Shown: one piece after another, positions 9,584 through 19,387 of the stretch
How positions within the stretch are numbered: position 1 is the stretch's first letter
Layout of the letters: each line of letters begins with the position of its first letter
Source: Candidatus Omnitrophota bacterium
Lineage (GTDB): Bacteria; Omnitrophota; Gorgyraeia; 2-01-FULL-45-10
NCBI GenBank assembly: GCA_041650935.1
Contig: JBAZKH010000001.1
Location: forward strand, 411,337-475,336
Reading direction: 5' to 3'
DNA length: 64,000 nt
The notes under the pieces: generated by a model
Seen by the model: the letters and a program-made list of their open reading frames with translations, nothing else
Told to the model about the DNA's origin: nothing
Database searches by the model: none
Translations under genes and position numbers: made by a program

Positions 9584-12247
9584 ATGTCCGGAAAGAAATT
9601 ATTTCTTATCGATGGTAATTCATTTTGCTACAGGGCATTTTATGCCATAAGGGCGCTTACTAATTCTAAGGGCCTGCCTACGAATGCCATATATGGTTTC
9701 GTAACGATGCTGAATAAGATCGTTAAGGATACGAAACCTGACATGCTTGCGGTGGCTTTCGATATGAAGGGTCCGACGTTCAGGCACAAGAAGTACGAAG
9801 ATTACAAGATACAGCGTAAGCCCATGCCCGACGACCTGGTCGGGCAGCTGCCGCATATAAAAAATATAGTCTCCGCTTATAGTATTCCGATATTCGAGGT
9901 CCAGGGGTATGAGGCCGACGACGTCCTGGCGACGATCGCCAGACGGGCCGAGGAGAATGGCATCGAGACGTTCATCGTTACCGGCGATAAAGATGCGCTC
10001 CAGATAGTCGATTCTCATATTAAGGTTTACAGCACCCACAAAGAGGGACTCGTCTACGATTCGAACAAGGTTAAGGAAGAGTACGGCGTTGAGCCGGGCA
10101 GAATGATAGAGATCATGAGCCTGATGGGAGACGCAGTCGATAATATACCCGGTGTTAAAGGTATAGGCGAAAAGACGGCCGTAGAGTTAATAACCCAATT
10201 TGGGTCGCTCGATGAGCTCTATAAGAATATCGACAAGGTTAAAAGCGACGCCAAAAAACGGATCCTGGCAGAGAATAGGGATATGGCTTACTTAAGCAGG
10301 GAGCTGGCTATCCTCGACGAGAATGTCCCGATAAAGATAGATTTTAAAGCGCTTGAGCTTAAATCGCCCGACCAGAAAAAACTTTTCGAATATTTCAAGG
10401 AGTTCGAATTTAAATCGCTCCTTAAGGATGTTACGCCTAAGGGGACTCTTAAATCCAGCTATCTGTTAATAGAAAGCGATAAGGAGTTCGACGAGCTTCT
10501 CTCCGCGCTGAAGAGCCAAAAAGAATTTGCGTTCGATTTTGAGACGACGAGCGAAGACCCGATGCTGGCGGAGCCGGTCGGCGTCTCGTTTTCGTGGCGG
10601 GTGGGCGAAGCCCATTACGTGCCGATGAATACATGTTTTACTCCGGCGCAAGTACTTAGTTTGCTCAAGCCGATCTTTGAGAATGAAAAGATAAAGAAGA
10701 TAGGACAGAATATAAAATATGAATATATAGTGCTTGCCAATCACGGTATCAGGCTGGAGGGTATAAGCTTCGATACTATGGTGGCCTCATACGTCCTCAA
10801 TCCGTCAAAGTTGAACCACAACCTGGAGGATATCTCTCTCGAATACCTGTGCCACAGGATGACGACCCCCATCGAAGAGCTTATCGGTAAAGGTAAGAAT
10901 GCCACGACGATGGATAAAGTCGATGTCAAGCGGGTCTCGGATTATTGCTGTGAGGATAGCGACGTGACGTTGAGGCTCAAGAATATACTGGCTAAAGAGA
11001 TGGCGGAGAAGGGCCTTGAAAAGCTCTTTACCGAAGTCGAGATACCGCTGGTCGAAGTCCTGTCCATAATGGAGATAAACGGCGTCGCGATCGATAAAGA
11101 ATACCTTGCGAAACTTTCTAAAGAGATGGAGGCGAAGCTCGGTAAGCTGACCGAAGAGATCTACGGGATAGCGGGCGAGGAGTTCAATATAAATTCACCC
11201 AAACAGCTTTCACAGATACTCTTCGAAAAGCTGAAGCTGCCTGTTATAAAAAGGACGAAGACCGGCATTTCGACGAACGAGGAAGTCCTTCTAAAACTTG
11301 CCGAAAAACATGAACTGCCCAAGGCGATACTCAGATACAGGGAACTGGCGAAATTAAAATCTACTTACGCCGACTCTCTGCCGGCGCTTGTCAATCCGAA
11401 GACGGGGCGCGTCCATACGTCTTTCAACCAGACGGTTACCGCCACGGGACGATTATCGTCGAGCGGGCCGAACCTGCAGAATATACCGGTAAAGACCGAA
11501 GAGGGCAGGCGGATACGCAGGGCCTTTATCCCCTCGGAGGGGAATTTGCTACTTTCGGCCGACTATTCGCAGATCGAGCTCAGGATACTGGCGCACCTCT
11601 CGGGCGATAAACAGCTTATCAAGGCTTTCAAGGACGGCCGTGACATACACTCGTATACGGCGAGCCTCGTATTCGATATAGCGGAGAAGGATGTGACACC
11701 CGAGATGCGCGGTATGGCCAAGACGGTGAATTTCGGTATCGTCTACGGGATGAGCCCGTACGGTCTTTCCCAGGCGCTTGGCATAGAGGTAAATAAAGCG
11801 AAAGAGTTTATCGAAGCGTATTTCGATAGATACCCCGAGGTTAAAGGATACCTGGAGAGCCTTGTCGCCGAGGCCAGGGAGAAGGGGTTTGTGTCTACTA
11901 TCCTGGGGCGCAGGCGCTATATCCCGGAGATAAACAACCAGAATATGCAGATACGGCAGTTTGCGGAGAGGACGGCGATAAATGCTCCCATTCAGGGTTC
12001 GGCCGCGGACGTGATAAAGGTTGCGATGATAGCGATCGACGAAAAACTTTCGACCGGCGGCATGAAGACTAAGATGACCATGCAGGTCCACGATGAGCTC
12101 GTATTCGATGTCCCTAAATCGGAGATGGATAAGGCGTGCAAGATAGTCAGGGCGGGGATGGAAGATATAATAAAGCTGAAGGTGCCTGTAGGGGCGCATG
12201 TAGAGATAGGTAAAAACTGGCTTGACATGGAACCATATAAACAATAA
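9584..12247 (+). CDS. polA: DNA polymerase I
   Basis: 5'-3' exonuclease N-terminus (LIDGNSFCYRAFYA), 3'-5' exonuclease region, and the polymerase motifs (QIELRILAHLS, QVHDELVF). Confidence 0.95.
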   Translation: MSGKKLFLIDGNSFCYRAFYAIRALTNSKGLPTNAIYGFVTMLNKIVKDTKPDMLAVAFDMKGPTFRHKKYEDYKIQRKPMPDDLVGQLPHIKNIVSAYSIPIFEVQGYEADDVLATIARRAEENGIETFIVTGDKDALQIVDSHIKVYSTHKEGLVYDSNKVKEEYGVEPGRMIEIMSLMGDAVDNIPGVKGIGEKTAVELITQFGSLDELYKNIDKVKSDAKKRILAENRDMAYLSRELAILDENVPIKIDFKALELKSPDQKKLFEYFKEFEFKSLLKDVTPKGTLKSSYLLIESDKEFDELLSALKSQKEFAFDFETTSEDPMLAEPVGVSFSWRVGEAHYVPMNTCFTPAQVLSLLKPIFENEKIKKIGQNIKYEYIVLANHGIRLEGISFDTMVASYVLNPSKLNHNLEDISLEYLCHRMTTPIEELIGKGKNATTMDKVDVKRVSDYCCEDSDVTLRLKNILAKEMAEKGLEKLFTEVEIPLVEVLSIMEINGVAIDKEYLAKLSKEMEAKLGKLTEEIYGIAGEEFNINSPKQLSQILFEKLKLPVIKRTKTGISTNEEVLLKLAEKHELPKAILRYRELAKLKSTYADSLPALVNPKTGRVHTSFNQTVTATGRLSSSGPNLQNIPVKTEEGRRIRRAFIPSEGNLLLSADYSQIELRILAHLSGDKQLIKAFKDGRDIHSYTASLVFDIAEKDVTPEMRGMAKTVNFGIVYGMSPYGLSQALGIEVNKAKEFIEAYFDRYPEVKGYLESLVAEAREKGFVSTILGRRRYIPEINNQNMQIRQFAERTAINAPIQGSAADVIKVAMIAIDEKLSTGGMKTKMTMQVHDELVFDVPKSEMDKACKIVRAGMEDIIKLKVPVGAHVEIGKNWLDMEPYKQ

Positions 12248-12354
12248 TGACAAATAACAAAATCCCAATGACAAATCAATCGTTAAATAACCAATATTAA
12301 AAATTTGGATTTACCGATTGATTTGGATTTTGAAATTGGGATTTTGGATTTTTT
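12248..12354. repeat. Family-1 palindromic intergenic repeat (TGACAAAT...TTTGGATTT-rich), copy 1
   Basis: Near-identical to 18980-19088 and reverse-complement-related to 32733-32840 and 32901-33010. Starts at the polA stop codon and ends at the glgA RBS. Confidence 0.8.
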
Positions 12355-12369
12355 AAAAGAGGGGGTTTA

Positions 12370-13755
12370 ATGGGTAAACTTAAAGTGCTGGTGGCAGCGA
12401 GTGAGGTTGCGCCGTTCGCGAAGACGGGCGGGCTCGCTGACGTTGCCGGAAGCCTGCCGATCGCGCTTGCCGAATTGGGCGCGGATGTCAGGGTGGTCAT
12501 GCCCAAATACGGATGTGTTAAGGCAAAGGGCAATACGGCCGTCCTCGACGGGGTAAAGGCATATTTTATCGAGAATGATGATTACTTTAACAGGAAAGAG
12601 CTTTACGGGGACAAGTTCGGCGATTATCACGACAACCTGGAGAGGTTCGCGTTCTTTTCGAAGGAAGCGCTGGAGAGGTGCAAGAAAGAAGGTTTTAAAC
12701 CCGATATTATACATTGTAATGACTGGCAGACCGCGCTCATACCCGTCTATCTGAATACTGTTTATAAATATGATCCGTTCTTTTCGAATACCAGGACGCT
12801 ATTTACTATCCATAACCTTGCCTATCAGGGCATATTCGGCCGTGATGAGTATCCTAAGACAGGGCTGGACTGGATCCTCTTCAATATAGAATGTTTCGAG
12901 TTCTACGGCAAGGTTAACCTCATGAAGGCAGGCATCGTTTACGCCGACGCGGTTAATACGGTGAGCCCTACCTACGCCAAAGAGATGTTGACGAAGGAAT
13001 TCGGCTGCGGCCTGGAAGGCGTCCTGAAGAACAAGGAGAAAGTTCTCTACGGCATACTGAACGGCATCGATTACAAGACGTGGAATCCCGAAACCGATAC
13101 GCGGATATTCAAACAATATTCCATCCGGTCTATCGACGATAAATATACCAATAAGGAAAGATTGCAGAAAGAGCTTGGCCTCAAAGTGGATCGCGAGATG
13201 CCGCTTATAGGCATGATATCGAGGCTTGCGGACCAGAAGGGGCTCGACCTTCTGGCTAAGATAGTGGATGAGTTTCTTAATATGAAGGTGCAATTCGTCC
13301 TGCTGGGGACGGGGGATAATAAATATCACATATTGTTTGAACGGATGGCCAATATCCATAATAAGAATACGTCCGTGAACCTGAAGTTCGACGCGACGCT
13401 GGCGCAGAAAATTTACGCCGCCGCAGACTTTTTCCTGATGCCGTCGAGATACGAGCCCTGCGGTTTGAGCCAGATGATAAGTTTCAGGTATGGGACCATA
13501 CCGGTAGCAAGGGAGACGGGCGGGTTGAAAGACAGCGTGAAGGAATTCAGCCTGAATACCAGGCAGGGTAACGGATTTACATTTTCCGAATACAGGGCCG
13601 ACCATCTTTTCGCCGCGATGAAGAGGGCGCTTACCCTTTATAAGAACAGGTCGGTCTGGATGGAGCTTGTAAAGTCGGTGATGGCGCTCGATTTTTCGTG
13701 GCGGGCGTCCGCAGGGGAATATCTAAAACTCTATCAGAAGATTCTGCAGAGGTAA
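12370..13755 (+). CDS. glgA: Glycogen synthase (ADP-glucose type)
   Basis: N-terminal KVLVAASEVAPFAKTGGLADV motif; GT-B fold, 461 aa. Confidence 0.85.
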   Translation: MGKLKVLVAASEVAPFAKTGGLADVAGSLPIALAELGADVRVVMPKYGCVKAKGNTAVLDGVKAYFIENDDYFNRKELYGDKFGDYHDNLERFAFFSKEALERCKKEGFKPDIIHCNDWQTALIPVYLNTVYKYDPFFSNTRTLFTIHNLAYQGIFGRDEYPKTGLDWILFNIECFEFYGKVNLMKAGIVYADAVNTVSPTYAKEMLTKEFGCGLEGVLKNKEKVLYGILNGIDYKTWNPETDTRIFKQYSIRSIDDKYTNKERLQKELGLKVDREMPLIGMISRLADQKGLDLLAKIVDEFLNMKVQFVLLGTGDNKYHILFERMANIHNKNTSVNLKFDATLAQKIYAAADFFLMPSRYEPCGLSQMISFRYGTIPVARETGGLKDSVKEFSLNTRQGNGFTFSEYRADHLFAAMKRALTLYKNRSVWMELVKSVMALDFSWRASAGEYLKLYQKILQR

Positions 13756-13760
13756 AAGTT

Positions 13761-14372
13761 ATGCAGGGCAGCGGGCGTGTGAGAGTAATCGGCCTGACGG
13801 GCGATTTCGGTACAGGTAAGAGTTTTGTAGCGTCGATATTCAAATCGCTGGGCGCGAAGATTATCGATGCCGATCTCATAGCGCATAAAGTCATCCGCAA
13901 GGGGCGTCCGGCATACAGGAGGATAATAGGGGCATTCGGCAGAGATGTCTTAAAAGGTGATGGAGAGATAGACAGAAAAAAACTGGGCGGCAGGGTATTT
14001 GCAAGACCGGCGGTATCCTTGCGCAGGCTCAACGCCATAGTGCATCCCGAAGTCATAAGGGAGATAAAGCGTTCCATCGCCGCACTTGGCAAAAGCGATA
14101 TAGCAGTTGTGGATGCGCCGCTTCTCGTGGAGGCGGGGTTTGGTAAAAGCGTAGATAAACTGGTAGTGGTTAAATGCTCAAAGAGGAGACAGATAGAAAG
14201 ATGCCGAAAAAAGTTTTGCCTGCAAAACAGCGAGATATTGCGAAGGATAGAGAGCCAGATGCCGCTTTCGAAAAAGATAAAGATGGCGGATTTTGTGATA
14301 GACAACAACAAGACAAAGTCCAGCACGAAAAGACAAGTACGAAAGGTATGGGGGGAAATTATATGGAGATAG
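13761..14372 (+). CDS. coaE: Dephospho-CoA kinase
   Basis: P-loop [13 protein letters not shown], about 204 aa. ATG at 13761 with a GAGG RBS; the ORF-track start at 13698 is a GTG inside glgA. Confidence 0.8.
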   Translation: MQGSGRVRVIGLTGDFGTGKSFVASIFKSLGAKIIDADLIAHKVIRKGRPAYRRIIGAFGRDVLKGDGEIDRKKLGGRVFARPAVSLRRLNAIVHPEVIREIKRSIAALGKSDIAVVDAPLLVEAGFGKSVDKLVVVKCSKRRQIERCRKKFCLQNSEILRRIESQMPLSKKIKMADFVIDNNKTKSSTKRQVRKVWGEIIWR

Positions 14373-15613
14373 CGGAGCTCAAAGGGATGAGTATCTCGGA
14401 GCTGACAAAGCTTGCGAAAGAATTGAACGTAAACGGGATAAGCGGATTGAAGAAACAGGACCTGATATTCAAGATACTGCAGGCCAAGACCGAAAAGGAA
14501 GGACTCATATTCGGCGAGGGCGTCCTGGAGATACTGCCCGACGGGTTCGGGTTTCTGAGGAGCCCGGACTACAACTATCTTCCCGGCCCGGACGATATAT
14601 ATGTTTCGCCGTCCCAGATAAGGCGGTTCAACCTGCGGACCGGCGATACCGTGAGCGGCCAGATAAGGCCGCCGAAAGAAGGCGAGAGATACTTCGCGTT
14701 ATTGAAGGTCGAGGCCGTCAATTTCGGTAATCCCGACGAGACGAAGGACAAAACCCTCTTCGATAACCTGACGCCGTTATATCCCGATGAGAGGTTTATC
14801 CTCGAGACGAAACCCGACGAGGTTTCCATGAGGGTCATGGATCTCCTTACGCCCGTAGGTAAGGGGCAGAGGGGGCTCATCGTAGCTCCTCCGTATAGCG
14901 GCAAGACCGTGCTCCTGCAGAAATTCGCCAATGCCGTCACGACGAACTATCCGGAAGCGGTGCTGATAGTCCTGCTTATAGACGAGCGCCCGGAAGAAGT
15001 TACGGATATGCAGCGTTCCGTGAAGGGCGAGGTCATAAGCTCTACATTCGACGAACCGGCAGAGCGCCACATCCAGGTGGCCGAAATAGTCCTGGAGAAG
15101 GCGAAGAGGCTCGTCGAGTCCAGGAAAGACGTTGTCATACTTCTCGATTCGATCACAAGGCTTGCGCGCGCGTACAATTCGTGTGTGCCGCATTCGGGGA
15201 AGATACTCTCCGGCGGTGTCGATTCGAACGCCCTGCAGAAGCCGAAGAGGTTCTTCGGCGCCGCGCGCAATATAGAGGAAGGCGGCTCTCTCACCATCAT
15301 CGCGACGGCGCTTGTCGATACCGGTTCGCGTATGGACGAAGTCATATTCGAAGAGTTTAAGGGTACGGGTAATATGGAACTCCAGCTAGACCGCAACCTC
15401 TTCCAGAAGAGGATATATCCCGCTATCGACATAAAGCGCTCGAATACCCGCAAGGAAGAGCTGCTGGTCCACCCGGATGAGCTTAAGCGCATCTGGTTGA
15501 TGAGAAAGGTCTTGAACGAACTTAATACCGATGAGGCGATGCAGCTTTTGATAGAGAAGCTGTCGAAGTCGAAGACGAACGCCGAGTTTCTGATGTCGAT
15601 GAACCAGAAGTGA
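14363..15613 (+). CDS. rho: Transcription termination factor Rho
   Basis: N-terminal [21 protein letters not shown], an OB-fold RNA-binding domain, and RecA-like ATPase motifs (GKTVLLQ). An alternative ATG lies at 14348. Confidence 0.9.
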   Translation: MEIAELKGMSISELTKLAKELNVNGISGLKKQDLIFKILQAKTEKEGLIFGEGVLEILPDGFGFLRSPDYNYLPGPDDIYVSPSQIRRFNLRTGDTVSGQIRPPKEGERYFALLKVEAVNFGNPDETKDKTLFDNLTPLYPDERFILETKPDEVSMRVMDLLTPVGKGQRGLIVAPPYSGKTVLLQKFANAVTTNYPEAVLIVLLIDERPEEVTDMQRSVKGEVISSTFDEPAERHIQVAEIVLEKAKRLVESRKDVVILLDSITRLARAYNSCVPHSGKILSGGVDSNALQKPKRFFGAARNIEEGGSLTIIATALVDTGSRMDEVIFEEFKGTGNMELQLDRNLFQKRIYPAIDIKRSNTRKEELLVHPDELKRIWLMRKVLNELNTDEAMQLLIEKLSKSKTNAEFLMSMNQK

Positions 15614-15656
15614 GTAAAATGGAAGCAGTGAATAGTGTATAGTGTGTAGTGGATAG
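15611..15656. repeat. Family-4 stop-codon-rich motif (GTGAGTAAAATGG...AGTGAATAGTGTATAGTGTGTAGTGGATAG)
   Basis: Shares AGTGAATAGTG and GTGAGTAAAATGG blocks with 43010-43046 and 62802-62887. Overlaps the rho stop codon and carries stops in all three frames. Confidence 0.6.
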
Positions 15657-15678
15657 AAAGAAGAAAGCGAGGGAAAAA

Positions 15679-15945
15679 ATGAAAGACAAAACACACCCGG
15701 AGTATAAAGAGACGACTATAGCGTGCGTGTGCGGAGAGGTGATCCATACGCGTTCCACAAAGCAGAATATCCACGTCGATATCTGCTCTAAGTGCCACCC
15801 GTTCTTTACCGGCAAACAGAAACTGATCGACTCCGCCGGACGCGTAGAGAAGTTTGCGAAGAGGTACGCCGGCAAGGTTAAACCGAAGGCGGCCAAGGAC
15901 GCAGCTGTGCCGGAGGCGCCGGAAGAAGAGAAAAAGCCCGAATAA
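15679..15945 (+). CDS. rpmE: 50S ribosomal protein L31 with a Lys/Ala/Pro-rich C-terminal extension
   Basis: [40 protein letters not shown] zinc-ribbon signature. Confidence 0.85.
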   Translation: MKDKTHPEYKETTIACVCGEVIHTRSTKQNIHVDICSKCHPFFTGKQKLIDSAGRVEKFAKRYAGKVKPKAAKDAAVPEAPEEEKKPE

Positions 15946-15946
15946 G

Positions 15947-17032
15947 ATGATATTCGCGAAGGTAATAGAAGAGAAGAGGAAGCGTTGTGACAAACTGCAT
16001 GAGTTCCTGGCGGATCCCAAGATTATCGCGAATGCCGCCGAGTACCAGAGCTATGCCAAGGAGCTTGCCGGCCTGGCGCCGATCGTAAGCGTGTATAATG
16101 ATTACCTGAGGATATCGAAGGACCTGAAGGATCTCGATAAGGTGCTCGGTGAGAAGGCGCATGCCCACGATAAAGAGTTCCTTTTACTCGCCGAAGAGGA
16201 GAAGTACAAGCTCGAAAGAGACCTGAAAGACGCCGAGGCGCGTATCGAGGAGCTGCTCCTGGCGAAAGAGTCCGGCGCAGACCGGGATATAATTATGGAG
16301 GTGAGGGCAGGGACGGGCGGTCTCGAGGCCAGCCTTTTTGCGGCAGACCTGTTGCGGATGTATTCAAAATATGCCGCCAAGAACGGATGGCGGGTCGAGC
16401 TGATCGATTCGAGCATAACCGAGAAGGGCGGATACAAAGAGGTCATATTCTCGATCTCCGGCAAAAATGTTTACGGCTCTCTTAAATTCGAGAGCGGCAC
16501 CCACAGGGTCCAGCGCGTGCCGGAGACCGAAGCAAGCGGCAGGATACATACTTCGGCGGCGACGGTCGCGGTACTGCCCGAGGCCGAAGAAGTCGATATC
16601 GAGATAAGGCCGGAAGACTTAAGGATCGATGTCTTCCGTTCCGGCGGCGCGGGCGGCCAGGGTGTTAACAGGACCGACTCCGCGGTGCGGCTTACGCATC
16701 TTGCCACCGGGATGGTCGTTACCTGCCAGGACGAACGTTCCCAGCTGAAGAATAAGGCAAAGGCGATGCGGGTGTTGCGGGCGAGATTGTACGATGCTAA
16801 ACGCACCGAGCAGGAAAGACGGATATCCCAGGAACGCCGCGCCCAGGTCGGTACGGGCGACAGGTCGGAGAAGATCCGGACATACAATTTCCCCGACAGG
16901 CGCGTTACGGACCACAGGATAGGGTTTACCGTTTATAATATAGAAGATGTCCTGGAGGGCGAACTGGACGAAATAGTAGGCGCATTAAAGGCGGAGGAAA
17001 AGAAGCTCAGGATAAAGGCAGCTGCGGCATGA
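15947..17032 (+). CDS. prfA: Peptide chain release factor 1
   Basis: GGQ motif (SGGAGGQGVNRTDSAVRLTHL) and a PxT-type region; ATG at 15947 two nt after the rpmE stop. Confidence 0.9.
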   Translation: MIFAKVIEEKRKRCDKLHEFLADPKIIANAAEYQSYAKELAGLAPIVSVYNDYLRISKDLKDLDKVLGEKAHAHDKEFLLLAEEEKYKLERDLKDAEARIEELLLAKESGADRDIIMEVRAGTGGLEASLFAADLLRMYSKYAAKNGWRVELIDSSITEKGGYKEVIFSISGKNVYGSLKFESGTHRVQRVPETEASGRIHTSAATVAVLPEAEEVDIEIRPEDLRIDVFRSGGAGGQGVNRTDSAVRLTHLATGMVVTCQDERSQLKNKAKAMRVLRARLYDAKRTEQERRISQERRAQVGTGDRSEKIRTYNFPDRRVTDHRIGFTVYNIEDVLEGELDEIVGALKAEEKKLRIKAAAA

Positions 17033-17718
17033 AGACGATAGAACCGTTTACGCCCATTCAGTATATAATAGGACATACCGGATTTTGCGGCCTCGACTTT
17101 ACGGTCGACAAGGATGTGCTCATCCCGAGACCGGAGACGGAATTACTGGTGGCTGAGACAGTAGGATTGGTGAACCGGGCTGCCTCTTTACCGGTTAAGC
17201 GGCTAAATATCCTGGATCTTGGCACAGGTTCGGGGTGCATCGCGGTTTCGATTGTTCATGGATTGACAAAAGCCGCAATTGACTGTAAAATAGTCGCTTC
17301 CGACATATCGGTTAATGCCCTGGATGTCGCGCGTTTAAACGCCCAACGCCATGGCGTATCCGATAAGATAAAGTTTGTCCATAGCGACCTTTTTGGCGAT
17401 ATTCACGATAAGTTTGATATTATAGTATCGAACCCGCCGTATATAGCGAAGTTCGAATTCGAGACCCTTCAGAAAGAGGTTTTGAAAGAACCACGGATAG
17501 CCCTCGACGGCGGTGAGACGGGGCTCGCGTTTTACCGGGAGATTGTCCGGTCGGCGCCGCGGTATCTGAACCCGGGCGGCACGGTTCTTTTCGAGATAGG
17601 TTTCGGCCAGGCCGGCGAAATTATGAAGATAATGAGTTCCGGCGGTTTCCGGGTCCTGGGGATAAAGAAAGATTTTAACAGTATAGACAGGGTCGTTATT
17701 GCCAGATGGATAAATTAG
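17029..17718 (+). CDS. prmC: Release-factor glutamine N5-methyltransferase (PrmC/HemK), short form
   Basis: NPPY motif (VSNPPYIA) and SAM motif (LDLGTGSGCIA). Its ATGA overlaps the prfA stop. The N-terminal helical domain is reduced relative to E. coli PrmC. Confidence 0.75.
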   Translation: MKTIEPFTPIQYIIGHTGFCGLDFTVDKDVLIPRPETELLVAETVGLVNRAASLPVKRLNILDLGTGSGCIAVSIVHGLTKAAIDCKIVASDISVNALDVARLNAQRHGVSDKIKFVHSDLFGDIHDKFDIIVSNPPYIAKFEFETLQKEVLKEPRIALDGGETGLAFYREIVRSAPRYLNPGGTVLFEIGFGQAGEIMKIMSSGGFRVLGIKKDFNSIDRVVIARWIN

Positions 17719-18971
17719 TAATCGAAGGCGGCAGGAAACTGGCGGGCAAGGTAAAGATAAGCGGCGCAAAGAATGCGTGCCTGCCGATACTTGCGGCTAC
17801 GCTGCTTTCCGACGAGAAGTCGGTCATAAGGAACGTGCCCGCCTTGCGCGACATGTCGACGATGTTGAAGATACTGAAGAACCTCGGCGTGCGCGTCCAT
17901 CAGGAAGGCACGACGATAACGGTTGAACCGGCAGGTTACAAAAAATATGCCGCGCCGTATGACTTGGTTAGCACGATGCGCGCTTCGGTTTGCGTCCTCG
18001 GGCCGCTGCTTGGAAAACAGGGGAGGGCGGAGGTTTCGTTTCCCGGCGGCTGTGTAATCGGGCCGAGGCCTATAGACCTTCATATAAAAGGCTTAAGGGC
18101 CCTAGGGGCCAATATCAAGGTCGAACGCGGGTATATAATTGCCGACGGCAAGAAGTTAAAGGGCGGCAACGTCTATCTGGGCGGGCATTTCGGGTCGAGC
18201 GTCCTTGCCACAGGCAACACGATGATGGCGGCTGTATTGGCAAAAGGGACGACGGTCATCGAGAATGCCGCGTGCGAGCCGGAAGTAGTCGACCTTACGA
18301 ACTTTCTGATAAAGATGGGCGCGCGGATAGATGGCATTGCGACGCACAGGCTCGTAATAGAGGGCGCGCGGAAGCTCCACGGCGCGGAACATTCCGTCAT
18401 CCCGGACCGCATAGAGGCCGGGACCTATATCCTGGCCGCGGCGATAACCCGCGGCGACATACTGCTGGAAGGAGTATCGACCGAAAATCTTGTGGCCCTG
18501 ATAGATAAGCTGCAAGAGGCGGGGCTCGAGATAAAAAATACGCCCGGCGGTATACGCAGCCGTTACACCAGGAAGCTAAAGCCTATGGATATAACGACGC
18601 TTCCGTATCCGGGTTTCCCTACGGATATGCAGGCGCAGTTTATGAGTCTCATGGCCGTTACAGACGGTATAAGCGTCATAACGGAGAAGATATATCCGGA
18701 GAGGTTTATCCATATAAGCGAATTGAACAGGATGGGCGCAGACATCCTGCTGGAAGGCCCCAGCGCGATCGTCAAAGGTGTAGCGAACCTGAGCGGCGCG
18801 CCTGTCATGGCCTCCGACCTCAGGGCTTCCGCGGCGCTGGTCCTGGCCGGGCTGGTCGCGAAAGACAGGACGGAGATCCACAGGATATACCATCTCGACA
18901 GGGGTTATGAAAATATAGAGAAAAAGCTCCGCAGTCTGGGAGCGAAAGTGTGGAGAGAGAAGGAGAAATAG
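17706..18971 (+). CDS. murA: UDP-N-acetylglucosamine 1-carboxyvinyltransferase
   Basis: MDKLVIEGGRKLAGKVKISGAKNACLPILAATLL N-terminus; 421 aa EPT family. Confidence 0.9.
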   Translation: MDKLVIEGGRKLAGKVKISGAKNACLPILAATLLSDEKSVIRNVPALRDMSTMLKILKNLGVRVHQEGTTITVEPAGYKKYAAPYDLVSTMRASVCVLGPLLGKQGRAEVSFPGGCVIGPRPIDLHIKGLRALGANIKVERGYIIADGKKLKGGNVYLGGHFGSSVLATGNTMMAAVLAKGTTVIENAACEPEVVDLTNFLIKMGARIDGIATHRLVIEGARKLHGAEHSVIPDRIEAGTYILAAAITRGDILLEGVSTENLVALIDKLQEAGLEIKNTPGGIRSRYTRKLKPMDITTLPYPGFPTDMQAQFMSLMAVTDGISVITEKIYPERFIHISELNRMGADILLEGPSAIVKGVANLSGAPVMASDLRASAALVLAGLVAKDRTEIHRIYHLDRGYENIEKKLRSLGAKVWREKEK

Positions 18972-18979
18972 GTTAAAAA

Positions 18980-19088
18980 AATGACAAATGACAAAATCTC
19001 AATGACAAATCAATCTTTAAATGGCCAATATTAAAAATTTGGATTTACCGGTTGATTTGGATTTTGGAATTGGGATTTTGGATTTTTT
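18980..19088. repeat. Family-1 palindromic intergenic repeat, copy 2
   Basis: About 90% identical to 12248-12354. Lies between the murA stop and the rpsP RBS. Confidence 0.8.
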
Positions 19089-19103
19089 CAAAGAGGAGGA
19101 TGC

Positions 19104-19352
19104 ATGCCAGCAGTAATAAGGTTAAAACACGCAGGTACATTGAAAAAGCCTGTCCACAGGATAGTCGTCATCGATAAGAGGACGGCAAGGGACGGCAGGC
19201 CGATCGAGATACTGGGTTACTACGATCCCAAGACGGATCCTGCCACGGTTAAGGTTAAGAAGGAGCGCGCGGAATATTGGCTGGGAGTGGGTGCGGCGCC
19301 GTCGGCGATCGTAAAGACGCTATTTAAGAAACAGGGAATCAAGAAAGTCTAA
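19104..19352 (+). CDS. rpsP: 30S ribosomal protein S16
   Basis: MPAVIRLKHAGTLKKPVHRIVVIDKRTARDGRPIEILGYYDP. Confidence 0.9.
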   Translation: MPAVIRLKHAGTLKKPVHRIVVIDKRTARDGRPIEILGYYDPKTDPATVKVKKERAEYWLGVGAAPSAIVKTLFKKQGIKKV

Positions 19353-19387
19353 CCTTAACCTAATCTAACCCGGCAACCTGAACTTAT

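Noticed and set aside
12248-12354. CRISPR array, considered because of repeated TTTGGATTT units at about 20-nt spacing inside several intergenic regions.
   Set aside because: There are only 3-4 AT-rich half-site units per locus. The units are part of a larger palindrome repeated as a whole. There are no unique spacers of regular length and no cas genes, which is inconsistent with CRISPR.
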